This document shows positions 27,779 through 35,970 of a DNA stretch of 64,000 nt, in pieces. The position numbers and the translations under genes are program-made. A model generated the notes under the pieces. That model saw only the letters and a program-made list of their open reading frames with translations, was not told the DNA's origin and searched no databases. Source of the DNA: Thermoplasmata archaeon. GTDB lineage: Archaea; Thermoplasmatota; Thermoplasmata; Lutacidiplasmatales; UBA184. The stretch's first letter is position 1. Every line of letters begins with the position of its first letter. The stretch is from assembly GCA_021796385.1 (NCBI GenBank), contig JAJYXQ010000043.1:137652-201651 (forward strand), given 5' to 3'.

Positions 27779-28132
27779 CTATCCCTCCAACAACTCCCGC
27801 AAAACGCTCGCATTGCAATGTTCGGCATCCTTCGCCGCATAAAGGAGAGTGACCGTTCCCTTCCGACCTTCTTCCCGCACTCGCGCGATCAGAGCGGGTT
27901 TGGCCTGGAGCTCGTCACGGTATCGCTTTCGGAACTCCGGGTAACGTTCGATCTTATGGCTGAACCACTCGCGGAGCTCCGCGGATGGTGCGAGGTCCCG
28001 GAGCCACTCGTTCACATGGGCGGTGTCCTTTGACACGCCGCGTGGCCAGAGCCGGTCGATGAGGTACCTTCGGCCATCCTCGGGGGAGAACGGCTCGTAT
28101 ATCCGCTTGGTGCGGATGGCCATGGCCCTCAC
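27779..28132 (-). CDS. DUF488 (YeaO-like) protein
   Basis: KRIYE, LIDRLWPRGVSK, APS.ELR.WF.H, TLLYAAKD. Confidence 0.9.
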   Translation of the reverse strand: MRAMAIRTKRIYEPFSPEDGRRYLIDRLWPRGVSKDTAHVNEWLRDLAPSAELREWFSHKIERYPEFRKRYRDELQAKPALIARVREEGRKGTVTLLYAAKDAEHCNASVLRELLEG

Positions 28133-28602
28133 CTCTTTCCGCAGGAACAGTGGTGGAGCACGGAACTCGTCAGTTCCTTTCCCTCGGGCGTAGTGGAGAA
28201 GATCCGATCGAAAGCTGGATAGTAGAGGCCTTCCTCCCGGGCATTGTGGGTGCCCAGGGTGTTCCGGAGCTCGGTCTCGTCCGATTCGGAAGGAAGGCGT
28301 CCCGAGGCGGCCGCGGCCCGGATGTTCCCCAGTCGCTTGCGGATCTCAACATGCTCCTCCCGCATCATGGTCACGAGATGGCCCACGGTGTCCCCCCGCG
28401 TGCGCAAGCTGTAGGGATAGAGGAAATCCTCTTCGATCTCGATGTGCTCATCGAGCGCTTCCACGAACGCCAGGTACTTTTTCCGTGCGGCGTCCGGGTC
28501 GGTGTCCCGGAGTTGGACCGCCGCTCCCCAGAGCTCGTCGATCTCATCATGGTCGTGCGTCAGGATCTCCTCGAGCGTACCGGGCGGCTTCTCTTTCACC
28601 AT
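28129..28602 (-). CDS. Hemerythrin/HHE domain protein
   Basis: L..DH..ID, HIEIEE..LYP, EH, HNAREE..YYP. Confidence 0.88.
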   Translation of the reverse strand: MVKEKPPGTLEEILTHDHDEIDELWGAAVQLRDTDPDAARKKYLAFVEALDEHIEIEEDFLYPYSLRTRGDTVGHLVTMMREEHVEIRKRLGNIRAAAASGRLPSESDETELRNTLGTHNAREEGLYYPAFDRIFSTTPEGKELTSSVLHHCSCGKR

Positions 28603-28667
28603 CGTCAACTCTTCCACGGAAAACACCTCAACAAAAGAACATCGCCCGCGACACTAAAGGCTTCCTG

Positions 28668-28681
28668 CCGAAACGGTTCGG
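28668..28681. promoter_or_regulatory. Inverted repeat CCGAA-N4-TTCGG (candidate operator)
   Basis: CCGAA-ACGG-TTCGG between divergent hemerythrin and ferredoxin genes; same core as 25756-25767. Confidence 0.6.
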
Positions 28682-28817
28682 TCGAACTTCCTTAAGCTGT
28701 CCCGACGTTCCAAGAAGGGATGAGGGGGGGACAGGCGAACATGGGCACCGATCAGGGAACGGGTCGATGGGAGCGGGGCGAACGGTATCTGACCGACGAG
28801 GTTCCGGAGTAGCGTCT

Positions 28818-29096
28818 ATGGTCGATGTCAAGGTCCAGACCGAGAAATGCACCGGTTGCCGGCATTGCTTTGACGTGTGTCCTGTGAGCGTTTTCGTGAT
28901 GCATCCACGCGCAGAGTTCCCTCAGTTGGTGGATGATTTCGAGGTGGCGGCCAAGTTCCAGTTCCGGGAAGAAAAGTCGGTAGCCGAGAATGGTTCGGCC
29001 TGCATACTGTGCAATGCCTGTCTCTACGAGTGTGAAGGAAGTTGCATCACGATATGGGATGTCGAGGGGAACATCTTCCAATCTACGTACAAGTGA
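28818..29096 (+). CDS. 2[4Fe-4S] ferredoxin
   Basis: CTGCRHCFDVCP and CILCNACLYEC. Confidence 0.88.
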   Translation: MVDVKVQTEKCTGCRHCFDVCPVSVFVMHPRAEFPQLVDDFEVAAKFQFREEKSVAENGSACILCNACLYECEGSCITIWDVEGNIFQSTYK

Positions 29097-29226
29097 CGCC
29101 CGATCGAAACGTTGATGGCCGCGGGGCAATGGGCATGATGAGCGGTCGTCCCGACAGGTTCCATCCGGATCCCCAAGGTTGGTACCTGCCCCCGAAGGTC
29201 CCGCAATTACCGGAGGATGGGAAGCG

Positions 29227-29709
29227 ATGGTGACCCTCGACGAGGTCATCCTCTTCATCCATATCCTGGGGGCTACCATCTGGGTCGGGGGGACCCTCAG
29301 CTTGGGCATTGTGGCGGCAGCCATCGGTCCCATGCTCCGGGACCGGCCTGCCCTGTATTCCCAGGTCATGAGCCGCGTGGCGCGGTCCCTGGGATGGACG
29401 ATGTGGTTTGCCCTCATCGTGACGATATTGACCGGGCTTTACAACCTCACCTGGTTCCTCCCGGTACTGAGCTGGTCCGCCATCCTCAGCTTCCCATGGC
29501 TCGAGGCCAAGATATTCCTCGTCTTCTTCCTCGTCCTCGCAAGCGGTGTCCACAGCTTCGTTCTGGGTCCATCACTGCGAAAACGGGCCGAGAGCCACCC
29601 GCCCGCGGCCGGAATCGCTCGGTGGCGCCGGTGGGACCGGGGGATATCCATTCTCTCGCTCGCTTTGACCCTCGGAGTGCTGTTCGCGGCCGTCATGCTC
29701 GCCAATTGA
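29227..29709 (+). CDS. CopD/DUF4149-like 4-TM membrane protein
   Basis: FIHILGATIWVGG, ILTGLYN, K..L.......H.F..GP. Confidence 0.7.
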   Translation: MVTLDEVILFIHILGATIWVGGTLSLGIVAAAIGPMLRDRPALYSQVMSRVARSLGWTMWFALIVTILTGLYNLTWFLPVLSWSAILSFPWLEAKIFLVFFLVLASGVHSFVLGPSLRKRAESHPPAAGIARWRRWDRGISILSLALTLGVLFAAVMLAN

Positions 29710-29772
29710 CGATCTCAGGGCGACGAGTGCATCATTCCCCTCAGGGGGCTTCGCACGGCCGAAGCTCTTCCC

Positions 29773-30342
29773 CTATTGCGGGTTCTTCATGGCGGCGTGC
29801 ACATCCCTGTTCGTCCGTGTCCAGTGTCGGGGCGAGGAGAACGGGCGGTGAACATGGGCCTGTATCGGTGCCAAGGTACAGGGGATACCCGATTTTCGCA
29901 AGGTGGCCCCGAACCAGAGATCCTCGAGGAGGGCCTTCGGGTTGAACGAATGGGCTTCGGCGACCCATCGGCGCACGACGATGCAGGGTCCAATGCTCGC
30001 TGGCCACAAGTGCAGGTGATTGATCCCGTTGATGAAGACCACCCCGAGAGCGGAGTACGGGTCCCCGGTGCGGTTGACGTAGCGTGGCACCCAGAAGGCC
30101 TCTCGGTCGGGACGGCCGCGGAACCAGTGGAGGTCCCCTTCGATCCGTGTATCGTTGTCGACAAAGAGCACCACGTCGCTTCGGTTGCCTGGGGGCAGGG
30201 AGGAGAAGCCCACGTTCTTTGCATTGCTCAGCCCCCGTACGGTCGAGATCACGACATCGTCCACCCCGCCCTTCCGCAAGGATGCGGATGTCTCCAATGC
30301 CCATTCCATCTCCGCTTCTCGAGTCGGGACGACCCCATACAT
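29773..30342 (-). CDS. Compact GT2-family (GT-A) glycosyltransferase-like protein
   Basis: VVPTR, GLSNAKNVG, VLFVDND (DxD), EDLWF..LRKSG; alternative start 30399. Confidence 0.65.
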   Translation of the reverse strand: MYGVVPTREAEMEWALETSASLRKGGVDDVVISTVRGLSNAKNVGFSSLPPGNRSDVVLFVDNDTRIEGDLHWFRGRPDREAFWVPRYVNRTGDPYSALGVVFINGINHLHLWPASIGPCIVVRRWVAEAHSFNPKALLEDLWFGATLRKSGIPCTLAPIQAHVHRPFSSPRHWTRTNRDVHAAMKNPQ

Positions 30343-30591
30343 GCGGACGGCGGACGCGACGGGTGGCGATACCCCGTCATGGGTCGCTACCGCGGGCATC
30401 GACTAGTTCCCGGGGCAGTCCACCGGGACCGCGTCCCGTTCAGTCCAGGGGCGAAAGGGTCCATGGCTCTCTCGGAAGCTGCGCACCGTGCCTCCCACAC
30501 GATAGACCGTGCACATCACATCCATATTTCACTCTCGCTATGTTTGGCGTCCCATGGAGGTCCATGGGCAGTAGCTCCCCCCCAGCTAAAC

Positions 30592-30762
30592 CTACTCGTG
30601 TTCCTTGTAAGTGACGAGGTACATCCCGCCCGCGGTCATGGCCGTGAAGGCCCCTACCGCGGTGAGTGGATTGAGGCTGAAGAAGAGCCCGTCGGCCAGA
30701 AGCACAGTGAGGGGAATGCCGACCCCGACCAGTGCGGCCACGATCCTGCCCTTGGCGCTCAT
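30592..30762 (-). CDS. Small 2-TM membrane protein (56 aa), below ORF-track cut-off
   Basis: Manual translation MSAKGRIVAALVGVGIPLTVLLADGLFFSLNPLTAVGAFTAMTAGGMYLVTYKEHE*; GC3-rich codons; TTTTAA about 25 nt upstream. Confidence 0.65.
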   Translation of the reverse strand: MSAKGRIVAALVGVGIPLTVLLADGLFFSLNPLTAVGAFTAMTAGGMYLVTYKEHE

Positions 30763-30876
30763 GGGTCCCACCAGTAATCATGCCCCTTAAAATAGTTGGG
30801 GTTTGGATCTCCGGGTGCGGAGGGGGGTGTCCCGGAGACCCGTCATCGGGAAAGGTTCAATCGGCGAGAGCCCGTC

Positions 30877-31821
30877 TCATAGTGGCTCCTCCGGTGGGCG
30901 AGGGGGGGTCGGACCGCTGGGGAGCGGCTTGGGAAGCCCTCCCGTCGTTCGCACCGAGTCGGCCTCGAAAAGGAGTTCGACGTCCTGCGGAGCGTCCCGG
31001 ACCGGCATCTCCATCGGCCGGGGGTTCGCTCGGGCGGTAACACCCTCCCCCAAGGACGGGGTATCCATGGGAAGGAAGTTCGTGGACGATGATGGTACCC
31101 GCGGGATCCCCACCGCCGAACCCAGGACCTGCCCCTCACGGAGCCAGTTCACCATCGTTTCCATGGTGCTGATCGAGATGTACTTGCGCACGTGGTCGGA
31201 AATCTCGTTGGCGTAGAGATTGACGAGCCCCGAGAAGCTGAGATGAGCGTTCGAGCGGTACATCTCCTCGTTGTCCAGGACCACGATGTGGGCGCGCCCG
31301 GCCTCGTTGAGTTCGGTGAGCCCATCGAGGAACCAGAGGTTCCCCATGGTTTGGTCAGCGATCCTCCGGCGCTTTTCCTCGGCAGCGAACGGAGCGATGA
31401 GATAGAGGGTGAGGTGCGCCAGGTCGTAACTCTGTGTGGCGAGATCGATGAGGACGGGAAGAATGCCCGAGCCACTGCCGCCGCCCAGGCTGGCAACGAT
31501 CGTGGTGCAGGTCGCGCCTTGGAAGAGGGAGCGCAGGTCTTCCCGCGCCGCCAGGGCCCGCAGGGTGCTGTCCTGTACCGTGGTGTCGCCATCCGCGTCG
31601 GCATCACCCGGAAGCCCGGGGACAAAGACCTGACGGTCGAAAAGCTTCTCCTCGTACACCCGACGGTCGCAGTTCACGGCTGCGGACTCGAGGTATTGTA
31701 TCTTCCGCCGGGCGACCTCGCGCCCGACCCGTATTCCCCCGCCGCCTACCGCGACCAGCCGGAACCGAACGTCCCGGCCAAGCGCGAGTCTCCGTCCCTC
31801 AATCTCTCCCTTCGCCCCCAT
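30877..31821 (-). CDS. Divergent, C-terminally truncated FtsZ/tubulin-like GTPase
   Basis: VAVGGGG, AVNCD, tubulin signature LGGGSGSG, PF..E..R, VLDN; no recognisable T7 loop or C-domain; Pro-rich tail. Confidence 0.8.
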   Translation of the reverse strand: MGAKGEIEGRRLALGRDVRFRLVAVGGGGIRVGREVARRKIQYLESAAVNCDRRVYEEKLFDRQVFVPGLPGDADADGDTTVQDSTLRALAAREDLRSLFQGATCTTIVASLGGGSGSGILPVLIDLATQSYDLAHLTLYLIAPFAAEEKRRRIADQTMGNLWFLDGLTELNEAGRAHIVVLDNEEMYRSNAHLSFSGLVNLYANEISDHVRKYISISTMETMVNWLREGQVLGSAVGIPRVPSSSTNFLPMDTPSLGEGVTARANPRPMEMPVRDAPQDVELLFEADSVRTTGGLPKPLPSGPTPPRPPEEPL

Positions 31822-32281
31822 GGTAGTTTCCTCCCCTCTTTGACGGATGCCGTCCTCGACCCGTGGATTCGTCTGGTGAGAACTCCGGATCGGATTCCCC
31901 TGGGGTCACCGGTCGCGTGACCACGGGGGCATCCATCAACCGCTTCTCTCCTACCCGCACCATCTCGTCGACCCGGAGTGACGCAAGGCCGTAGCGGACG
32001 CACTGGGCGATCGCGTCCCCCATCTTGCCTCCGTGCACGCGTTCGGCGAACCGGCCCAGGAGATCGGTCTCCTCCGGGGTCAGGTTCGCGATCGGGCCGG
32101 CAACCGGCGCGGGTGCGTTAGACATCTCCCGCAGCCTGTCCTCGAGGAATTGCTGGATGGCGGTGCGGACGAGCGCCGAGCGGTTCCGGAAATCTCCGGC
32201 GAGGACATAGGAGTCCATCGCTTTGAGCTCCTGGGGGGAGCACCGGACCGCCAGTTTCTCTTCGCCCACCTTCTCACGCAT
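31799..32281 (-). CDS. Ribbon-helix-helix regulator (CdrS-like N-terminus) with extra C-terminal domain
   Basis: KLAVRCSPQELKAMD..V..GDFRNRSALVRTAI; directly upstream of and overlapping the ftsZ-like gene. Confidence 0.75.
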   Translation of the reverse strand: MREKVGEEKLAVRCSPQELKAMDSYVLAGDFRNRSALVRTAIQQFLEDRLREMSNAPAPVAGPIANLTPEETDLLGRFAERVHGGKMGDAIAQCVRYGLASLRVDEMVRVGEKRLMDAPVVTRPVTPGESDPEFSPDESTGRGRHPSKRGGNYHGGEGRD

Positions 32282-32288
32282 TTTCCTA

Positions 32289-32323
32289 TTTGTCGGACAA
32301 AGCCATGTGGATTTTGTCGGACA
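32289..32323. promoter_or_regulatory. Twin palindromic boxes TTTGTCGGACA (candidate RHH operator)
   Basis: 11-nt direct repeat at 32289-32299 and 32313-32323, each TGTC-G-GACA; lies between TTTAAA (32352-32357) and ATG 32281. Confidence 0.7.
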
Positions 32324-32388
32324 CCCGAAGCACTCAATCGTGCTCCTCGTATTTAAACCATTCGTTCGAGTGGAAGCCGGAGTACGTT

Positions 32389-33258
32389 TCAGCCTACGCT
32401 CGTGAGCCGTTCCACGCCATCTTCCTGCAAGAGGAACGTGGCTTCCCACTGCGACACGAGTCCGCCCGCCACCTCGATGAACACCGGATACGTCTGGACG
32501 AATCCTTTCTTCCGAAAGGGCAGCCGATGGAGCGAACGGTCCTTGACCCATCGCAGGCAGAAGGGTACCGTGCGGAACTCTTCGAAGAGGGAATGGAACT
32601 CCGGTTCCTTCGTCCGGTCTGGCTCGCTCCGGAAACGCAGGATGTTCCCGAACGGACCGTTCCCAATGGCGCCTTCCCCGTTCGTGGCGAAGGGCTCCAC
32701 CGCCACCACTTCCCCCACCTCGAGGAACGATTCGGCGATCGTCGCCGAGTTCGGAACGGACTTTCCCGCATGCAGGGAGTAGCGCTCCACGGTGTGTCCC
32801 ATCAAGTTGACGACGCTCTTGAACCCCCGACGCTGGATCGCCCCCTCGATAGCGGCGGTGACCGCCCGGGTGGACATCCCGCCATGGAGCACGCGCTCGG
32901 CCGCCTCGAGGGCCTCTCGGGAAGCGGCCAGCAGGGGGGCCCGGCGGGCCGAGCCGACCTCCACGGTCTGGGCGTTGTCGGAGATAAAGCCGTCCAAGTG
33001 CGCACCGACATCAAGCTTCACCACTTGGCCGGTCTCGAACCGCCGGTCGTAATCCGGCGGGGGCGTGAAGTGCGCCGCCTCCGTGTCGATCGAGATGTTC
33101 ACGGGGAACGAGGGCCGACACCCGGCCTTCCGGATGTGGTCCTCGATCTCTTCGGCCACCTCAAGTATCGATCGTCCCGCCTGGATGAGGGAGGTCCCAT
33201 GCTGCAGGGCCGATGCCCCTACCCGGCCCGCCGTTCGCCACTTTTCGAGCTCTTGCAT
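32389..33258 (-). CDS. map: Type II methionine aminopeptidase
   Basis: FPVNIS...AAHFTP, KLDVGAH.DG...D, NL.GH, EPFAT. Confidence 0.95.
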   Translation of the reverse strand: MQELEKWRTAGRVGASALQHGTSLIQAGRSILEVAEEIEDHIRKAGCRPSFPVNISIDTEAAHFTPPPDYDRRFETGQVVKLDVGAHLDGFISDNAQTVEVGSARRAPLLAASREALEAAERVLHGGMSTRAVTAAIEGAIQRRGFKSVVNLMGHTVERYSLHAGKSVPNSATIAESFLEVGEVVAVEPFATNGEGAIGNGPFGNILRFRSEPDRTKEPEFHSLFEEFRTVPFCLRWVKDRSLHRLPFRKKGFVQTYPVFIEVAGGLVSQWEATFLLQEDGVERLTSVG

Positions 33259-33669
33259 TGACGGCGCAGCGCACGACGGCGAATGCTATTAGCCTTCTCC
33301 TTCACCGAGGGGCGGATCCGGGACCGTACCGGATCAGACCGATTTCAACGGCAGCGGATGAACTGAAGCCTCGGGCCCGTTAACTCGACCCGGGGGGACG
33401 ATCGGACCGCACCAAGAGGGTATAGGGCCGGAGAAACAGACGGCGGGACCCATTGCCATTGGGTGGTTCCCAGAGGCCCATCGGTTCCACCTCCTCCATG
33501 GAGGAGAAGAGCACCGACATCGCAAACACCGCCTTCGGTCCCAAGAGCATCGGCAGGGAGCGACCGTGGAGTCCGATTCCGCCGGCACTCCGAGACCGAA
33601 GAGGATGTCCGTGGGGTAAGCCACGGTCCCGACCGAACCGAGGGAGAGACCGCTAGGGACGGGCTCCCG

Positions 33670-34158
33670 TTAGAGGTATTCCTCGTCTGTCCGGTCGTAC
33701 GGGTGGTAGTCGCTCTCTTGGAAATAGAGGGCCAGTTCCCGTTGTGCGGTGGGGACGGAGTCCGAGGCATGGACCACATTGGGTGTGAGCGCCAAGGCGA
33801 GATCCCCCCGCACGGTGCCCGGGAGGGCCTCCCATGGCTTTGTCGCCCCGTTGATCGCACGGACGACCTGGACGGCGTTCCTCCCTTCAAGAGCCATGAC
33901 AAGCACCGGAGAAGAGGTGATGAACCGGACCAGCTCGGGGAAGAAGGGTTTCTCCTTGTGCTCCTCGTAATGCCGCTTCGCCAGTTCCGGGGAGATGCGC
34001 ATGAGACGCGCAGCGACCAGTTTGAGCCCCTTGGCCTCGTAGCGGGAAAGGACTTGCCCGGCCAAGCCCCGTCGCATCCCGTCCGGTTTGATCATGACGA
34101 AGGTTCTCTCCTTCCGTGCTGCGTCCTTGGAAGGGACTGGCTGCGTGTTGTCCGACAT
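33670..34158 (-). CDS. ndk: Nucleoside diphosphate kinase
   Basis: ERTFVMIKPDG, HYEEHKEKPFF, PGTVRGD, NVVHASDS. Confidence 0.97.
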   Translation of the reverse strand: MSDNTQPVPSKDAARKERTFVMIKPDGMRRGLAGQVLSRYEAKGLKLVAARLMRISPELAKRHYEEHKEKPFFPELVRFITSSPVLVMALEGRNAVQVVRAINGATKPWEALPGTVRGDLALALTPNVVHASDSVPTAQRELALYFQESDYHPYDRTDEEYL

Positions 34159-34289
34159 GCTGGCGGGAGAAGCCCGCTCGTTCTTAAAACATTGGGGCAC
34201 TCGTCCGTCATCGGGGGAGGGCGCCTGAAGCGGCGTCACACAGCTAGGTGTTATATCCGGTTCTCCCTTCTCACGTATCGGTGAACGCG

Positions 34290-34892
34290 ATGATATCGAA
34301 GAAGTTGCCCGAATACACCCTGGAAGCCTACGAGCCGAAGACCGAGACGAGCAAGAAGATCACGCTGCCGAAGGACATTTCCGGACACTTCGCCCTCATT
34401 TTCTTCTACCCGGCGGACTTTACTTTCGTCTGCCCGACGGAACTCGCCGACCTCCACCGCCGCAAGGCGGAGTTCGAGAAACTGGACCTCCATATCCTGG
34501 TCGGCAGCACCGACACGGTCTACACCCACAAGGCTTGGGTGGAGACCGAGGAGTTGCTTCGTGGGTTCCAATACCCGATGCTGGCGGACCACAACGGAAG
34601 TTTCTCCCGTGCACTAGGCATCTATAACGAGGACACGGGGATCGCCCGGCGCGCCTCGTTCATCGTGGACCCGGACGGGATCGTCCGGGCCGAGTACCAT
34701 GTGGAGTCCAACATCGGCCGGAGCGCTGGAGAGCTCCTGCGGTTGGCCAAGTCCCTCAAGTTCGTCCGGGAGAACCCGGGAGCCGCCTGCCCCGCAAGCT
34801 GGGATGAAGGCGAGGCGACCCTCACCCCCGGGCTCAAGATCGTCGGCCACGTGGGCGCCGCCCTTCAGAAGGGTGGCAAGACAACGGCCTGA
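34290..34892 (+). CDS. ahpC: Peroxiredoxin (AhpC type, 2-Cys)
   Basis: FYPADFTFVCPTE, RASFIVDPDG, ACPASW. Confidence 0.92.
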   Translation: MISKKLPEYTLEAYEPKTETSKKITLPKDISGHFALIFFYPADFTFVCPTELADLHRRKAEFEKLDLHILVGSTDTVYTHKAWVETEELLRGFQYPMLADHNGSFSRALGIYNEDTGIARRASFIVDPDGIVRAEYHVESNIGRSAGELLRLAKSLKFVRENPGAACPASWDEGEATLTPGLKIVGHVGAALQKGGKTTA

Positions 34893-34944
34893 CGTCTTCA
34901 GGCCCAGCCTCGCCCACACACGGCGGGGCTCGTGCCCTCCTACT

Positions 34945-35874
34945 CTAAGCCCCGGGAGGGGGGGACTTCGACACCTGCGAGGCGAGCTCCAGCGCCGCCT
35001 CGATGTTGTGTCGGGACACCTCTTCCACGTTCACGCCAAGCGGCACGCGAATGTGCTTACGCCGCGTGTAGAGCAGGACTTCGCGATAAAGTCGCATCGC
35101 CAACTTGATGGATGAGGATACCGAATCGTCTCCGTCGGACAGCACGGAGGATTCGACCGACTCCGGGATGTCGATGCCGAGCCACCTGACGAACTCGAGA
35201 TCTCCATCATCGTGGATGGGAGCAAAGGAAAGCAGCACGGTCGCCGGCTCCACCCCATGCGTCCGGCAAAGGGCATCGTAGCGGAAGAGCAGGTTCTTGA
35301 CCGCCCGTGTGTCGTACAAGATCTGGGTCGTGGCGAAAAACGCCCCGGCCAGGGTCTTCGCGAACAGCCGTTCTGCCTCACCCTCCCGCGATGGGATGGT
35401 CACGCATCCGGAAATGCCCGACTCGATGCCCTTCGAATGGAAGAGGTGCGAGAGGATCCCCTCGGCCTCGAGGACGTTCGGGCCGGGGTACTTTCGTAAA
35501 TGGCTCGAACCCCCCACGAGCACGATGTTGTGGACCTCGTACTTCGAGACGGTCTCCTTGGCCCAACGTAGGAAGTCTCCATGGGAATGGAGGTGGACCA
35601 CCACCTTGTTGACGACGGCCTCGATGTCGAGCGACTTTCGGATCATCTGAGAGAAGACCCGGGGGTCGTAGGTTCGGTAGAAGGGCAAGCCGAGGTGGTT
35701 CTCATCCACGATCTCGGGGAGGTTCACCGCGCAGACCCTCGGCAGCCGGGAAAGTCCCTCCTGCAACCGCTCGATGGAGGCGTAAACGTAGGAGGGGCTG
35801 GCCCTCCGCGGGGGGGGCAGGGCTGAAAAGAATATGGGCCCCTTGCGCAGCCGTTCTTTGAGGACCAAACTCAC
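34945..35874 (-). CDS. Methylenetetrahydrofolate reductase-like protein (divergent)
   Basis: LPP, IVLVGG, K...GA.F..TQILYD, LLSFAP, F..WLGI; divergent from methionine synthase genes. Confidence 0.7.
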   Translation of the reverse strand: MSLVLKERLRKGPIFFSALPPPRRASPSYVYASIERLQEGLSRLPRVCAVNLPEIVDENHLGLPFYRTYDPRVFSQMIRKSLDIEAVVNKVVVHLHSHGDFLRWAKETVSKYEVHNIVLVGGSSHLRKYPGPNVLEAEGILSHLFHSKGIESGISGCVTIPSREGEAERLFAKTLAGAFFATTQILYDTRAVKNLLFRYDALCRTHGVEPATVLLSFAPIHDDGDLEFVRWLGIDIPESVESSVLSDGDDSVSSSIKLAMRLYREVLLYTRRKHIRVPLGVNVEEVSRHNIEAALELASQVSKSPPPGA

Positions 35875-35970
35875 GGTAATCTCCCAATACGGAACCGCCC
35901 TATCCTTTTAACCTTGTACGGGGGGGCTTGTCGGCTATTTTATTAATGAACCCATGTTCGCTTGGCCGAA

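Noticed and set aside
30403-30525. 40-aa minus-strand ORF MDVMCTVYR...
   Set aside because: No motif or hydrophobic character; cannot be supported
33260-33665. SRP RNA or RNase P RNA
   Set aside because: A GTAAG-loop hairpin is present, but I found no SRP helix-8 motif or RNase P GAGGAAAGTCC / terminal conserved segments
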